Numbered from the stretch's first letter, positions 1 to 13,896 are shown. The stretch: DNA of 64,000 nt from Actinomycetes bacterium (GCA_021785695.1 JAJYEQ010000004.1:11840-75839); one strand, 5' to 3'. A program made the numbers and translations. Notes: a model not told the origin generated them from the letters alone.

Positions 1-650
1 CGGCCCGCGACCTCGGGTTGGCCGCCGCCGCGGGCATCGACGGCGCGACGACCGTGGCGGGGACGATCGCCGTGGCCCACCAGGTGGGCATCGCCGTCAT
101 GGCGACCGGCGGGCTCGGCGGCGTCCACCGGGACGCCGCGACCACCTTCGACGAGTCGGCCGACCTGACGACGCTGGCGCGCACCCCGGTGCTGGTTGTG
201 GCCTCGGGCGTCAAGTCGATCCTCGACATCGGGGCCACGCTGGAGCGCCTCGACTCGCTGGGCGTTCCCGTCGTGGGCTACCAGACGGACCGCTTTCCCG
301 GGTTCTACCGCCGCGACGCCGGCTTCGCGCTGGAGTGGACGATGGACTCGCCCGCCCAGGCCGCCCGCGCCTTCGCCACCCACCGATCCTTCAGCCCGAG
401 CGGCTGGCTGCTGGCGAATCCGGTGCCCGCGGCCAGCGAGCTGGACGCCGAGCTCCACGACGCGGCGGTCGCCGCGGCCCTGGCGGAGGCCCGGATCGCC
501 GGCGTGTCGGGCAAGGCGGTGACGCCGGCGCTGCTGGCCAGCTTCGCCGAGCGCACCGGGGGGGCCTCGGTGGCCACGAACCGTGACCTGGTGGTGGCCA
601 ACGCCCGCCTGGCGGGCCACGTCGCCGTCGCCCTGGCCGCGCTCTCGTGA
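1..650 (+). CDS. psuG: pseudouridine-5'-phosphate glycosidase, 5'-truncated by the window edge
   Basis: The frame is open from the window start. The translation has GGLGGVHR, DESADL, PVLVVASGVKSILD and VPVVGYQTDRFPGFY blocks typical of the PsuG/YeiN family. Its TGA overlaps the GTG of the next gene (GTGA at 647-650). Confidence 0.85.
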   Translation, partial: ARDLGLAAAAGIDGATTVAGTIAVAHQVGIAVMATGGLGGVHRDAATTFDESADLTTLARTPVLVVASGVKSILDIGATLERLDSLGVPVVGYQTDRFPGFYRRDAGFALEWTMDSPAQAARAFATHRSFSPSGWLLANPVPAASELDAELHDAAVAAALAEARIAGVSGKAVTPALLASFAERTGGASVATNRDLVVANARLAGHVAVALAALS

Positions 651-1531
651 GCCGCGTCGCCCTGATCGGCGACGTGGTGCTCGACGTGGCCGTCGTGGCC
701 CGGGGTCCGGTGGCCCCGACCAGCGACACCCCCGCCGACATCCGCCTCGGCCGCGGCGGGTCGTCGGCCAACATCGCGACCCACCTGGCCGCCCGGGGTC
801 ACGACGTGATCTTCATCGGCGCGGTCGGGGACGACGCGGCGGGCCGGCTGGTGCGCGACGAGCTCGGGGCCGCGGGCGTGGACGCCCGCCTGGTCGAGGT
901 CGCCGCGCCCACCGGCGTCGTGGTGGCCCTGGTCGACGCGGACGGGCAGCGAGCCATGCGGACCCGCCGGGGGGCCGCCAGCGCCCTGGGCGCCGCGCAC
1001 GTCGCGGCGGTGCTGGCCGATCCCGTCGACCACCTGCACGTGTCGGGCTACACCCTCGTGGACCCGGCGACCCGCGCGGTCGGGGCGGCCGCGCTGCGCG
1101 CGCAGGCCGAGCGGGGTGCGTCGACCTCGGTCGACGTGTGCTCGATCGCGCCCTGGCGCGCCGCGGGCGCCGACGCGTTCCTGGCCTCCAGCGCCGGGGC
1201 TGGGCTCCTCTTCGCCAACCAGGAGGAGGCCGAGCTCATCGGGGGCGGGCCGCTCGCGGCGGCCCTGGCGACCCTGGCCGCGCGCTACCCCGAGGTCGTC
1301 GTCACCCGGGGCCCCGCCGGGGCGGTCGCCCGGCGCGGGGCCCAGGAGGTGGTCGCCCCGGCTCGCGCGACGCGGGTGGTGGACACCACCGGGGCCGGCG
1401 ACGCGGCCACCGCGGGCTACCTGGACGCTCGCCTGCGCGGTCGGTCACTCGCGGCGTGCCTGGACGCGGCCGTGAGGCAGGCCGCGGCGGTGGTGGGCGT
1501 CGTGGGCCCGGGGGCTCAGTCGCGCCGGTAG
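647..1531 (+). CDS. psuK: PfkB-family carbohydrate kinase, probable pseudouridine kinase
   Basis: 294-aa ORF with a ribokinase-like fold and the C-terminal DTTGAGDA motif. It has a 4-nt start/stop overlap with psuG, as in yeiN-yeiC type pairs. The substrate is assigned by context only. Confidence 0.75.
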   Translation: MSRVALIGDVVLDVAVVARGPVAPTSDTPADIRLGRGGSSANIATHLAARGHDVIFIGAVGDDAAGRLVRDELGAAGVDARLVEVAAPTGVVVALVDADGQRAMRTRRGAASALGAAHVAAVLADPVDHLHVSGYTLVDPATRAVGAAALRAQAERGASTSVDVCSIAPWRAAGADAFLASSAGAGLLFANQEEAELIGGGPLAAALATLAARYPEVVVTRGPAGAVARRGAQEVVAPARATRVVDTTGAGDAATAGYLDARLRGRSLAACLDAAVRQAAAVVGVVGPGAQSRR

Positions 1532-2790
1532 GGCACGCCGTCGGCGGCCGGGGGCCGCACCCGCCCGATGAGCCCGGAGACCACCGCGATGGTGATCAGG
1601 TAGGGGACCATGCCCAAGATCTCGGTCGAGACGGGGACCTGGAAGGTCTGCAGGTTGTAGGACAGGTAGAGCGACAGGCCAAAGACGATCGACGCCACGA
1701 CCGCGCCCGAGGGGCGCCAGCGGCCAAAGATCAGGGCGGCCAGGGCGATGTAGCCCAGTCCCGAGGTGTAGCCGGGCTGGAACTGGCCCTGGGAGGCCAT
1801 GAAGGCGACGCCGCCCAGGCCCGCCACCGCGCCCCCCAGGATCACGTTGGTGTAGCGCACGCCGATGACCTTGATGCCGACGGTGGCGGCGGCCTGGGGG
1901 TGCTCGCCGACCGCGCGTACGCGCAGTCCCCAGCGGGTCTGGAACAGCCCGTAGCTCACCGCCGTGACCAGGATGATCATCAGGTAGAAGAAGCCGTTCT
2001 GGTCGAAGAGCACCGGGCCGAGCACCGGGATCTTGGTCAGCAGCGGGATGGGCAGGTTGGGCGCCAGGTTGCCCGTGTTGTACTGCGGGAAGGGGGTGAG
2101 CACCTGCAAGTTGAGGTAGGACGACAGCCCCGACAACATGGTGACCAAGACGACGCCCACGATGATCTGGTCCGAGAGGTAGCGCAGCGACAGGAACGCC
2201 AGCACCAGGCCCAGCAGCCCACCGACGGCCGCGCCAGCCACGGCCGCGAAGAAGAAGTCGTGCGTGATCGAGGCGACCATCGACCCGATGAAGGCGCCCC
2301 CGATGAACTGGCCCTCGATGGCGATGTTGACCACGCCCGCCCGCTCGCACAGCACGCCCGAGAGCGAGCCGAAGATGAGGACCATCGTCAGGGCCGACGC
2401 CCCCACCAGCACCGCGGTCAGGTTGACGAAGTTGATCGGGGCCGGGCCCGTCGTGCGCACGGCCCACAGCAGCAGCGCGAGGAGGAACAGCAGCGCGACC
2501 GCGCCGAAGCGGGCCATCACGCCCCGGCGCGGCACGCGCACCACCAGCTCGACGCCGATGGCCGCCATCGCCAGGCCCAGCACCAGGTTGGCGAGCGCGG
2601 TGGGCAGCGTCAGCGTCCCCAGGTGGAGGGGGGCCGACGCGCTCAGGTCGACGGGGTTGAAGGTCAAGGAGGAGCGGGCCGCGCTCCCGCTGGCCAGGCC
2701 GAAGCCGAGGGCCGTCACCAGCCCCAGGAGAGCGCCAAAGACCCCGATCCCGCGGGTGCGCCGGCGCGAGACGGTGCTCACGAGCCCCAC
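1516..2790 (-). CDS. ABC transporter permease (BMP-family nucleoside/simple-sugar importer, YufQ-like)
   Basis: 424-aa ORF that is hydrophobic throughout and polytopic. It overlaps the upstream permease gene by 13 nt and lies in an operon with a dual-NBD ATPase and a BMP lipoprotein. Confidence 0.8.
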   Translation of the reverse strand: MGLVSTVSRRRTRGIGVFGALLGLVTALGFGLASGSAARSSLTFNPVDLSASAPLHLGTLTLPTALANLVLGLAMAAIGVELVVRVPRRGVMARFGAVALLFLLALLLWAVRTTGPAPINFVNLTAVLVGASALTMVLIFGSLSGVLCERAGVVNIAIEGQFIGGAFIGSMVASITHDFFFAAVAGAAVGGLLGLVLAFLSLRYLSDQIIVGVVLVTMLSGLSSYLNLQVLTPFPQYNTGNLAPNLPIPLLTKIPVLGPVLFDQNGFFYLMIILVTAVSYGLFQTRWGLRVRAVGEHPQAAATVGIKVIGVRYTNVILGGAVAGLGGVAFMASQGQFQPGYTSGLGYIALAALIFGRWRPSGAVVASIVFGLSLYLSYNLQTFQVPVSTEILGMVPYLITIAVVSGLIGRVRPPAADGVPYRRD

Positions 2791-4014
2791 CCGCTGGTCG
2801 CCAGGCGCACCTCACCGGCCGCGGCGTGGCGGAGGCGGAAGATCTCCTGGACCAGCACCGGCGTGGCGACGAAGAGCACGACGGCCGACTGGATCACCGT
2901 GGCCAGGTCGAGCGGGATCCCCGTAGCGACCTGCATCGCTCGCCCGCCCACGCCGAGCCCCGCGAACAAGAGAGAGGACCACACGATCCCGACCGGCCGG
3001 TTGCGCCCGAGCAGGGAGACGGTGATCGCCGTGAAGCCGATGCCGGCGTTGCCGATGAGGAACCCGCCATCGAGGTAGTGGGTGGTGCCGGCCAGCTGGA
3101 CGATCCCGGCCAGGCCGGCCAGGCCCCCCGAGATGACGAAGACCAGCACGATCACGGCGCGCGCGTTGATGCCCGAGGCGCGCGCGGCCTGCGGGTTGGC
3201 CCCCGTCACGCGGAAGTCGAAGCCGAGCGACGAGCGCTCCAGGAACCACCAGGCGAAGATCACGACCAGCGCGGCCACCGCCAGGCCCCAGTTGACGCGC
3301 AGGCCCGACGCGGCCCCGAAGAGCGGTGCCAGTTGGGCCGAGGGGGTCAGGGTGCGCGAGATGTCGTTCTGCTGGCCGGGCTGCTGCAGGACGGTCGACA
3401 GGAGCGTGAAGATGAGGAGGGCGGCCACCACGTAGTTGAGCATCAGGGTCACGATGACCTCGTGGGCGCCGGTGTAGGCCTTGAGCAGGCCCGGGACCAG
3501 CCCCACGACCACGCCGCCCACGATGCCCGCCGCCAGGGTCAAGGGCAGGTGCACGACCGTGGGCAGGTGGACGAGCGAGCCCATGTAGGCGCCCGCCACG
3601 CCGCCCAGGATCGCCTGGCCGTTGGCGCCGATGTTGAAGATGCCGGTCTGGAAGGCGATGCCCACGCCGATGCTGGCGATGATCAGCGGCGCGGCGTAGG
3701 TCAGGGTCTCCGACAGGGGCGTCAGGGCCAGCGTCCATCCGTGGCCGGTGGTCAGGGCGTGCCAGAAGATCCGCGGGTCCACGACGGCGCCGGTGAACAT
3801 GGCGCGGTAGGCCGCACCGACCACGTCGGCGGTGAGCTTGCAGGCGTGGCCGAAGGCCGCCCAGCTGGAGAACATCGCACGCCAGGCGTCCAGGACTGAG
3901 GCGGTCGTCGTGATGATCACCAGGGCGCCCACGACGAAGCCGAGGATCAGCGCGTCGAGGGTCACCAGCAGCGGGCTGCGGGTCGTCAGGCGGTGCCACC
4001 AGCGCCGGCGCGAC

Positions 4015-4022
<8 letters not shown>
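2778..4022 (-). CDS. ABC transporter permease (BMP-family importer, YufP-like)
   Basis: 414-aa polytopic membrane ORF. It overlaps the ATPase gene end by 8 nt, which suggests translational coupling within the operon. Confidence 0.8.
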
Positions 4023-5526
<1,504 letters not shown>

Positions 5527-5593
5527 GGGTCCGTATCGTAGCGAGAGGCCCGGCGCTCGGTCAGGCGACCGCGCGCCGGGCCTCTCGGTGGAT

Positions 5594-6700
5594 CTACTTG
5601 GCGGGGTAGCTGTTCGGGTTGATCGAGATCCGGCCGGACTCGATGCCCTTGGTGATCGCGGCGATCGCCTTCTTGACGGCCGCCGGGACCGGGATTCCGC
5701 CGTAGTCCAGGGCCGTCCCCTGGTTCTTCAGCGTGCCCAGGTAGGTGCCGCCGCGGAACTTGCCCGACGCCGCCTTGAGGACCGCGTCACGCACCGAGGC
5801 CTCGACGCCCTTGGCGACGGTGCCGATGAACCACGAGCAGTCCGCCGCGTCCGAGACGCAGCCGTTGGAGTCCACCCACATGATCGAGTGGCCCCGACCG
5901 GCCTGCTGGGCCGCGACGACCGACCCCAGGCCCACCGAGCCGGCGACCGGGAAGACGATGTCGGCACCAGCGGCGAAGTCGTTGGCGGCGATGGTCTTGC
6001 CGGCCGTCTGGTCGGTGAAGTTGCCCACGAAGGTGCCCGTGCCGTTACACGTGGCCAGGGTGCAGTTGCCCTTGGCGGGCGTCCAGCCCAGCACCTTGAC
6101 CGCAGCGCCCTTGACCTTGTCGAAGTAGCGCACGCCGGCCACGAAGCCGTTCATGTACATGGTGACCGACGGGAACTGCATGCCGCCGTAGGTCCCCACC
6201 ACGCCCGTGTGGGTCATGGCCGCGGCCAGGTAGCCCCCCAGGAACGCGGCCTGGTTGGTCTCGTACTGCAGCGCCAGGACGTTGTGGTACTTCAGGTGTT
6301 GGGGCGCGTCATCGACGATGGCGAACTTCTGCTTCGGGTGGGCGTTGGCCGCCTGCTGGGTGGCCTGGTCCATGAGGAAGCCCACAGTGACGATGATCCC
6401 GCAGCCTTCGTGGACGAACGAGTTGATGTTGGGCACGTAGTCCGTCGACGAACTCGACGACAGATACGACGGCACGATGTTCTTGTTGCGGGCGTGGGCG
6501 TCTTGCATGCCCTTCCAGGCCGACGCGTTGAAGGACTTGTCGTTGATGCCGCCGGTATCGGTCACCACGCACGCCTTGAACGGCTTGGCCGCCGCCTGCG
6601 CGCTCACCGAGCCGACGCCCAGCGTCAGTGAGCCCGCCAGCAGTGACGCGGTCCCGAGCCATGTGCCCAGGCGGACGCGCCGACTGTCTCCCCTGCTCAT
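5594..6700 (-). CDS. BMP-family (PnrA/Med-like) ABC substrate-binding protein, probably nucleoside-binding
   Basis: N-terminal signal-like segment ([17 protein letters not shown]) followed by [19 protein letters not shown], a block typical of basic membrane protein family binders. It is the first gene of the transporter operon. Confidence 0.85.
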   Translation of the reverse strand: MSRGDSRRVRLGTWLGTASLLAGSLTLGVGSVSAQAAAKPFKACVVTDTGGINDKSFNASAWKGMQDAHARNKNIVPSYLSSSSSTDYVPNINSFVHEGCGIIVTVGFLMDQATQQAANAHPKQKFAIVDDAPQHLKYHNVLALQYETNQAAFLGGYLAAAMTHTGVVGTYGGMQFPSVTMYMNGFVAGVRYFDKVKGAAVKVLGWTPAKGNCTLATCNGTGTFVGNFTDQTAGKTIAANDFAAGADIVFPVAGSVGLGSVVAAQQAGRGHSIMWVDSNGCVSDAADCSWFIGTVAKGVEASVRDAVLKAASGKFRGGTYLGTLKNQGTALDYGGIPVPAAVKKAIAAITKGIESGRISINPNSYPAK

Positions 6701-6825
6701 GAATTTCCCTCCCAGCCAGGCGCGAACGCCCCAGTCCCCGTTGGCCTGCGCGTGCGCCGTGCACCGAGGACACTAGCCCGCCCGTCGGTGCGTTGCCCGG
6801 GTAGATGCTGGGCCACACTGGAGGG

Positions 6826-8505
<1,680 letters not shown>

Positions 8506-8521
8506 CGCGTTAGCGTGCGCC

Positions 8522-9760
8522 ATGACCCGTTACTCGCGCGCTGACGCCCTGGCCGCCGACGCCGCCGACCCGCTGGCCGGTCGGCGCGATGCCTTCGACC
8601 TGCCCGCCGGGCTGATCTACCTCGACGGCAACTCGCTGGGCCCCCTGGTGCGGGCCAGTGCGGCGCGGGTGGACGCGGTGGTGGCGGACCAGTGGGCCAG
8701 GGGCCTGGTCACCAGCTGGAACACGGCGGGCTGGATGGACCTCCCGCTGGCGGTCGGTGACCGGATCGCCCCCCTGATCGGGGCGGGACCCGGCGAGGTT
8801 GCGGCGATGGACACCTTGACCATCGTGCTGGCCAAGGCGATCGGCGCGGCCCTCGAGCTGCGCCCGGAGCGCTCGACCGTGCTGACCGATGCCGCCAACT
8901 TCCACACCGACCTCTACATCCTCGAGGCGATGGCCCGGCGGGCGCGACGCCCCCTGCGGGTGCGGGCCCTCGATCGCGAGGACCTGCTCGGTGCGCTCGA
9001 CGAATCCGTCGCCCTGGTCATGCTGACCCACGTCGACTTTCGCACCGGCGAGATGCTCGACCTGCCCGGGCTGACCGCACGGGCCCACCAGGCCGGTGCC
9101 CTGATGCTGTGGGACCTGGCCCACTCGACCGGCGCGGTGCCCGTCGACCTCGCTGGCGCCGACGCCGACTTCGCGGCCGGGTGCACCTACAAGTACCTGA
9201 ACGGGGGGCCCGGGTCGCCCGCATTTCTGTGGGTCGCTCCCCGCCTGGTGGCTGATGTCGCCAACCCGCTGCCCGGCTGGCTGGGCCACGCCCGACCCTT
9301 CGACTTCGAGTCGGCGTTCACGCCGGCGCCCGGCATCCGGGGACTGGTCACCTCGACGCCGTCGATCCTGGCGCTGGCCGCTCTCGACGGGGCCCTGGAC
9401 GTCTTCGACGGGGTCGATCTGGCGGCCGTGCGCGCCAAGAGCCTGGCCCTCACGGACCTGTTCATCACGCTGGTCGAGGAGCGCCTGCCCGGCGCGCTGT
9501 CTCTGGTCACGCCCCGCGACCACGCGCGCCGGGGCAGCCAGGTCGCCTGGCGGCACCCCGCGGCCTTCGGGATCGTCCAAGCGCTGATCGCCCGCGGCGT
9601 GGTGGGCGACTTCCGCGCCCCCGACATCGCGCGCTTCGGATTCGCCCCGCTCTACGTGCGCTTCGTCGACGTCCTCGACGCCGTCGAGCACCTCGCGGCG
9701 GTCCTGGAGGGCGGCGAGCACCTCGACGCGCGCTACGCGACGCGCCCGGCGGTGACCTGA
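8522..9760 (+). CDS. kynU: kynureninase (PLP-dependent)
   Basis: N-terminal DAFDLPAGLIYLDGNSLGP block and the PLP-lysine block CTYKYLNGGPGS typical of kynureninase. The ATG at 8522 (MTRYS) is preferred over the track start at 8498. Confidence 0.85.
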   Translation: MTRYSRADALAADAADPLAGRRDAFDLPAGLIYLDGNSLGPLVRASAARVDAVVADQWARGLVTSWNTAGWMDLPLAVGDRIAPLIGAGPGEVAAMDTLTIVLAKAIGAALELRPERSTVLTDAANFHTDLYILEAMARRARRPLRVRALDREDLLGALDESVALVMLTHVDFRTGEMLDLPGLTARAHQAGALMLWDLAHSTGAVPVDLAGADADFAAGCTYKYLNGGPGSPAFLWVAPRLVADVANPLPGWLGHARPFDFESAFTPAPGIRGLVTSTPSILALAALDGALDVFDGVDLAAVRAKSLALTDLFITLVEERLPGALSLVTPRDHARRGSQVAWRHPAAFGIVQALIARGVVGDFRAPDIARFGFAPLYVRFVDVLDAVEHLAAVLEGGEHLDARYATRPAVT

Positions 9761-9761
9761 C

Positions 9762-10607
9762 CTACTGGCGAAAGACGACCGTACGCCGGCCCACGATCAT
9801 CACGCGGTCCTCGGCCACCAGCCGTACGGCGCGGGCCAGCACGGTGCGCTCGATGTCGCGGCCCAGGGCCACCAGGTCCTCGACCCGGCGCGCGTGGGTC
9901 ACGCGCTCGACGTCCTGCTCGATGATGGGGCCCTCGTCGAGCTCGGCGGTCACGAAGTGGGCGGTCGCGCCGATGAGCTTGACGCCCCGGTCGTAGGCCC
10001 GATGGTAGGGGCGCGCGCCGGTGAAGCCCGGCAGGAACGAGTGGTGGATGTTGATGATGCGGCCGGCGAACTGCGTGCACATCTCGGGGCTGAGGATCTG
10101 CATGTAGCGCGCCAGGATGACCAGGTCCGCCCCGTGGGTGGCCCCCAGCTCGCGCACCTGGTCCTCGGCAACGGCCTTGGTCGCCGCGCTGAGGGGCACG
10201 TAGTGGAACGGCACGCCGTAGTGCGCGGCCACGCCGGCGCAGACCTCGTGGTTGGAGACCACCGCCACGATGTCCAAGGGCAGGTCGCCGCGCTCGCGCC
10301 GGTAGAGCAGGTCGACCAGGCAGTGGTCGAACTGGGAGACCATGACCACGGCGCGCCGGTGCTGGGCGTCGGGGCGCAGGGTCAGCGTGGGGCCGAACTC
10401 GGCCAGGTCGCTCGCCAGGTGCTGCTCGATCGCGGCGACCGTGGCGTCGGCCTCGAAGCGCGTGCGCATGCAGAACAGCTCGGTGGTGGGATCGGTGAAC
10501 TGGTCGTTCTCCAGGATGTTGCCGCCGATGGCGAAGATCGATGCGCTGAGCGCCCGCACGATGCCCGGCCGGTCGGGGCACTGCAGTGTGACGACGAGGT
10601 CGGTCAT
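9762..10607 (-). CDS. purU: formyltetrahydrofolate deformylase
   Basis: N-terminal ACT-like segment (VVTLQCPDRPGIVRALS) plus a formyltransferase core with IINIHHSFLPGFTGARPYHRA. The 281-aa size is typical of PurU. Confidence 0.9.
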   Translation of the reverse strand: MTDLVVTLQCPDRPGIVRALSASIFAIGGNILENDQFTDPTTELFCMRTRFEADATVAAIEQHLASDLAEFGPTLTLRPDAQHRRAVVMVSQFDHCLVDLLYRRERGDLPLDIVAVVSNHEVCAGVAAHYGVPFHYVPLSAATKAVAEDQVRELGATHGADLVILARYMQILSPEMCTQFAGRIINIHHSFLPGFTGARPYHRAYDRGVKLIGATAHFVTAELDEGPIIEQDVERVTHARRVEDLVALGRDIERTVLARAVRLVAEDRVMIVGRRTVVFRQ

Positions 10608-11462
10608 CTAGGCGCGATACGCGAAGAAGCCCTGTCCTGACTTGCGCCCGAGCAGCCCGGCCTGGACCATGCGCGACAGCAGCGGCGGCGGGGCCAGGTG
10701 CGACTCCTTGAACTCCGCGTACAGGGAGTCGGCGACGGCCAGCGTGGTGTCCAGGCCGATCAGGTCGGTGAGGGCCAGCGGCCCCATCGGGTGGGCGCAG
10801 CCCACCACCATGCCCGTGTCGATGTCCTCGGCGCTGGCGAAGCCCGACTCCAGCATGCGGATCGCCGACAGCAGGTAGGGGATCAGCAGGGCGTTGACGA
10901 CGAAGCCCGCGCGATCCGGCGAGCTGATCACCTTCTTGGCCAGCGTCGTGGTGGCGTACTCGCGCACGCGGGCCGTCGTCTCGGGGCTGGTGAGCAGCGA
11001 GGAGATCACCTCGACCAGCTTGAGCACCGGCACCGGGTTGAAGAAGTGCATGCCGATGACCTGCTCGGGCCGCTTGGTGGCCATCGCCAGCTTGATGATC
11101 GGGATCGACGACGTGTTGGTCGCCAGGATCGCCCCGGGGTCGGTCACCACGGCGTCGAGGCGCTGGAACACCTGCAGCTTGGTGGCCTCGTCCTCGGCGA
11201 CGGCCTCGACGACCAGCTCGCGGTCGTGGAGGCGCGTGAAGTCCTCCGAGAAGCTCAGGTGGCCCCGAGCGCGGTTGGCGTCGTCCTCGGGGAGCTTGCC
11301 CGCAGCCACGGCGCGCGTCAGCGATCGCTCGATGCGCGCGACCCCGGCGGCCAGCGCCTCGGCGTTGCGCTCGATGACCACGACGTCGGCGCCCGCTCGC
11401 GCGGCCACCTCCGCGATTCCCGAGCCCATCAGCCCGCACCCAACGACTCCGACGCGATCCAT
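10608..11462 (-). CDS. 3-hydroxybutyryl-CoA / 3-hydroxyacyl-CoA dehydrogenase (NAD-binding)
   Basis: N-terminal Rossmann motif VVGCGLMGSGIA and the 3HCDH N- and C-domain architecture in 284 aa. It abuts purU with no gap. Confidence 0.85.
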   Translation of the reverse strand: MDRVGVVGCGLMGSGIAEVAARAGADVVVIERNAEALAAGVARIERSLTRAVAAGKLPEDDANRARGHLSFSEDFTRLHDRELVVEAVAEDEATKLQVFQRLDAVVTDPGAILATNTSSIPIIKLAMATKRPEQVIGMHFFNPVPVLKLVEVISSLLTSPETTARVREYATTTLAKKVISSPDRAGFVVNALLIPYLLSAIRMLESGFASAEDIDTGMVVGCAHPMGPLALTDLIGLDTTLAVADSLYAEFKESHLAPPPLLSRMVQAGLLGRKSGQGFFAYRA

Positions 11463-11573
11463 CGGGACCTCCCTGTCACCTCGCCACGTGGCCCCTCGAG
11501 TCTAGGAGCCCGGCCCGGGGTGCTCGGGCCGGGCTCCCCTGGCTACGATGGCCCCATTGCCGGAAGGAGCGAC

Positions 11574-12059
11574 ATGGACAGCGTGACGGTCGTCGTCGAG
11601 ATCCCCAAGGGGAGCCAGAACAAATACGAGTACAACCACGAGACCCACGCGATCAGCCTGGATCGCCACCTCATCGTGTCCATGGGCTACCCAGCCGAGT
11701 ACGGCTTCGTCCCCGACACCTTGGGCGGCGACGGGGATCCGCTGGACGTGCTGGTGCTCACCGAGTACCCCACTTTCCCGGGCTGCCAGATCGAGGCCAA
11801 GATCCTGGCCATGTGCATCATGACCGACGAGCACGGCCCCGACGAGAAGCTCCTGGCGGTCCCGACCTACGACCCGCGCTGGAAGGCCGCCACGGACCTG
11901 GGTGACGTGCCCCGCGACGTGCTGGACCGCATCAGCCACTTCTTCACCGTCTACAAGGACCTCGACGAGGGCAAGTGGATGAAGGTGGAGCAGTGGGTCG
12001 GCCGCGACGAGGCCCTGGCCGAGCTCGCCAACGCGCGCCAGCGCTTCGCGGGGGCGTGA
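11574..12059 (+). CDS. ppa: inorganic pyrophosphatase (family I)
   Basis: EIPKGSQNKYEY and DGDPLDVLVL signature blocks. The ATG at 11574 follows the RBS GGAAGGAG (11562-11569). The longer track ORF (10698..) is an antisense run-on extension. Confidence 0.92.
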   Translation: MDSVTVVVEIPKGSQNKYEYNHETHAISLDRHLIVSMGYPAEYGFVPDTLGGDGDPLDVLVLTEYPTFPGCQIEAKILAMCIMTDEHGPDEKLLAVPTYDPRWKAATDLGDVPRDVLDRISHFFTVYKDLDEGKWMKVEQWVGRDEALAELANARQRFAGA

Positions 12060-12115
12060 CCGGACCCGCACCTCGACGGGTCGCCCTGGCGCCCACGCGT
12101 GAGGCGCGCCGCTGG

Positions 12116-12691
12116 ATGGTTGCGACCCAGGGGGTGTTCTTCGCCGCGCTGGTCGTCTGCGTCCTGATCAACGCCTCGTACACCGCCCAAAACGACGGCA
12201 TCTCCTTCTACGGGGTGTACGGACCCACCATCGCCCTGGTCGTCGTGGGCTACGGCACCGCGGCGGTGGGCCTGTGGCGCGTCGGCCAGTGGTTCGCTCG
12301 CCACGGCGGCCCCGCGGTCCTCTTCCTCGGGGCCCGGGTGGTGGCCGTGGGCCTGATGCTCCTGCTGATCACGCCCTACGACGAGGGCGCGTTCCTCAAC
12401 TGGTCCCACATGACCGTGGGCGTCGTGGTGGCCCTGGTCCAGCTGGCCAGCTCCATCGCCCTGCTGCGCCGCGGGGCGACTTGGCGGCGCGTGCTGCTCT
12501 TCTCGTTCCAGCTGGCGGGCGGGATCGTCGCGGCGGCGTCGCTGCCCGACTGGCACTTCCCGATGCTGCTCGTGGGTGAGTCGGTCTACGCCCTCGGCTA
12601 CGCCCTCAGCCTCTACGCGTGGGTTGACGTCGTCATCCCCCTAGGCCCGCGACAGCTCCGGTTGCGCGACGACGTCGACCAGGGCGCGTAG
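12116..12691 (+). CDS. hypothetical integral membrane protein
   Basis: From the ATG at 12116 the product is about 191 aa with 5-6 hydrophobic helices (FFAALVVCVLI, IALVVVGYG, VVAVGLMLLLI and others). No family is recognised. The 3' end overlaps the convergent TetR gene by 51 nt. Confidence 0.55.
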   Translation: MVATQGVFFAALVVCVLINASYTAQNDGISFYGVYGPTIALVVVGYGTAAVGLWRVGQWFARHGGPAVLFLGARVVAVGLMLLLITPYDEGAFLNWSHMTVGVVVALVQLASSIALLRRGATWRRVLLFSFQLAGGIVAAASLPDWHFPMLLVGESVYALGYALSLYAWVDVVIPLGPRQLRLRDDVDQGA

Positions 12692-13246
12692 GGAGCGACT
12701 CCAGGCCCCCGTGGTCTGGGCCAGGGGATGGCCCTCACCGGCCAGGGACACCTGCCCGAAGAACAGGGCGTACCACAGGCGGGCGAAGCCGATGGCGTCG
12801 ATCCCCGGAGAGGTCAGCCCGTGGTCGACCAGCGGCTGGACCGCGCCCACCACGATCGCGCCGGCCTCGCGCTTGGCCGCCTCGATGCCGGCGGCGGCCC
12901 GCGTGTTGTGCTGGGCGAAGGCCAGGCACTCGAGTCGCACGCCGTGGGTGCGGGCAAGCTCGGGCCGCTGGGACTGGTCGATCAGCTCGAACAGTGCCCG
13001 GCGCAGCTCGTCGCGGGTGGCGACCGCGCGCAGCGGGCGCGCGAAGCGCTCGGCCGCGCCCACCACGGAGCTCCGGTAGCGGGCCACCACGCTCTCGGCG
13101 ACCAGGGCCTCACGGTCCTCGAAGTACGCGTAGAGCAAGGAGACCGAGACGCGGGCGCGCTCGGCGACGCGCTTGATGCGGTAGGAGGTCACGCCGTGCT
13201 CGTCGAGCTCGCGCACCGAGGCCTCGAGGATGCGGTCCTGGGTCAC
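12641..13246 (-). CDS. TetR/AcrR-family transcriptional regulator
   Basis: N-terminal HTH (ILEASVRELDEHGVTSYRIKRVAERARVSVSLLYAYF) and a 201-aa size. It is a paralogue of the next gene. Confidence 0.85.
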   Translation of the reverse strand: MTQDRILEASVRELDEHGVTSYRIKRVAERARVSVSLLYAYFEDREALVAESVVARYRSSVVGAAERFARPLRAVATRDELRRALFELIDQSQRPELARTHGVRLECLAFAQHNTRAAAGIEAAKREAGAIVVGAVQPLVDHGLTSPGIDAIGFARLWYALFFGQVSLAGEGHPLAQTTGAWSRSLRALVDVVAQPELSRA

Positions 13247-13302
13247 CGCAGCAGGCTAGCCAGCCGGTCGCGGGGCGCTGGGGCGGTCGCCCGGGACCTT
13301 GG

Positions 13303-13896
13303 TCAGTCCTGGCGCACCATCGCGTCGGCCAGGACCTCGAGGGCACGCAGCCAGTCCTCGGCGGACACCGCCAGGTTCTTCTCGCCCTCTAAGGCGATCT
13401 GGCCGAAGAACAGCGCGTACCAGATCCGGGCGAAGGCGAAGCCCGTCACCCCGTCGGCCAGGAGGCCGCGCTGGACGAGGGGCTCGACCCAGCGCTCGAT
13501 GAGCTCGCCGATCTCCTCTTTGGCATCGGCGATCCCGCTGGAGGCGGTGAGGTTGTGGGTGGCGAACGACATGCCCTCCATGCGCCGGATGCGGGCCTCG
13601 GTGCGCTCGGGCAGCTGGGCGTCGCGGATCATGCGTCGCATGGCGGCGCGCAGCTCCTCGCGGGTGGTGACCTCGCGCAGCGGCGTGGTGAACACCTCGG
13701 CGTTGCCCATCAGCACCTGGCGGTAGCCGTGCACGATGGCGGCCGCGATCAGCCCCTCGCGGTCGTCGAAGTAGCTGTAGAGCAGGGCGACTGAGATGCC
13801 CGCGTCCATGGCGACGCGCTTGACGCGGAACTGGGTCAGGCCGTTGGCCTCGATCTCGCGCGCCGCCGCTTCGAGGATCCGATCTCGCGTCTCCAC
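13303..13896 (-). CDS. TetR/AcrR-family transcriptional regulator (tandem paralogue)
   Basis: HTH ILEAAAREIEANGLTQFRVKRVAMDAGISVALLYSYF. It is collinear with the neighbour, including ARIWYALFFGQIAL versus ARLWYALFFGQVSL. Confidence 0.85.
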   Translation of the reverse strand: METRDRILEAAAREIEANGLTQFRVKRVAMDAGISVALLYSYFDDREGLIAAAIVHGYRQVLMGNAEVFTTPLREVTTREELRAAMRRMIRDAQLPERTEARIRRMEGMSFATHNLTASSGIADAKEEIGELIERWVEPLVQRGLLADGVTGFAFARIWYALFFGQIALEGEKNLAVSAEDWLRALEVLADAMVRQD

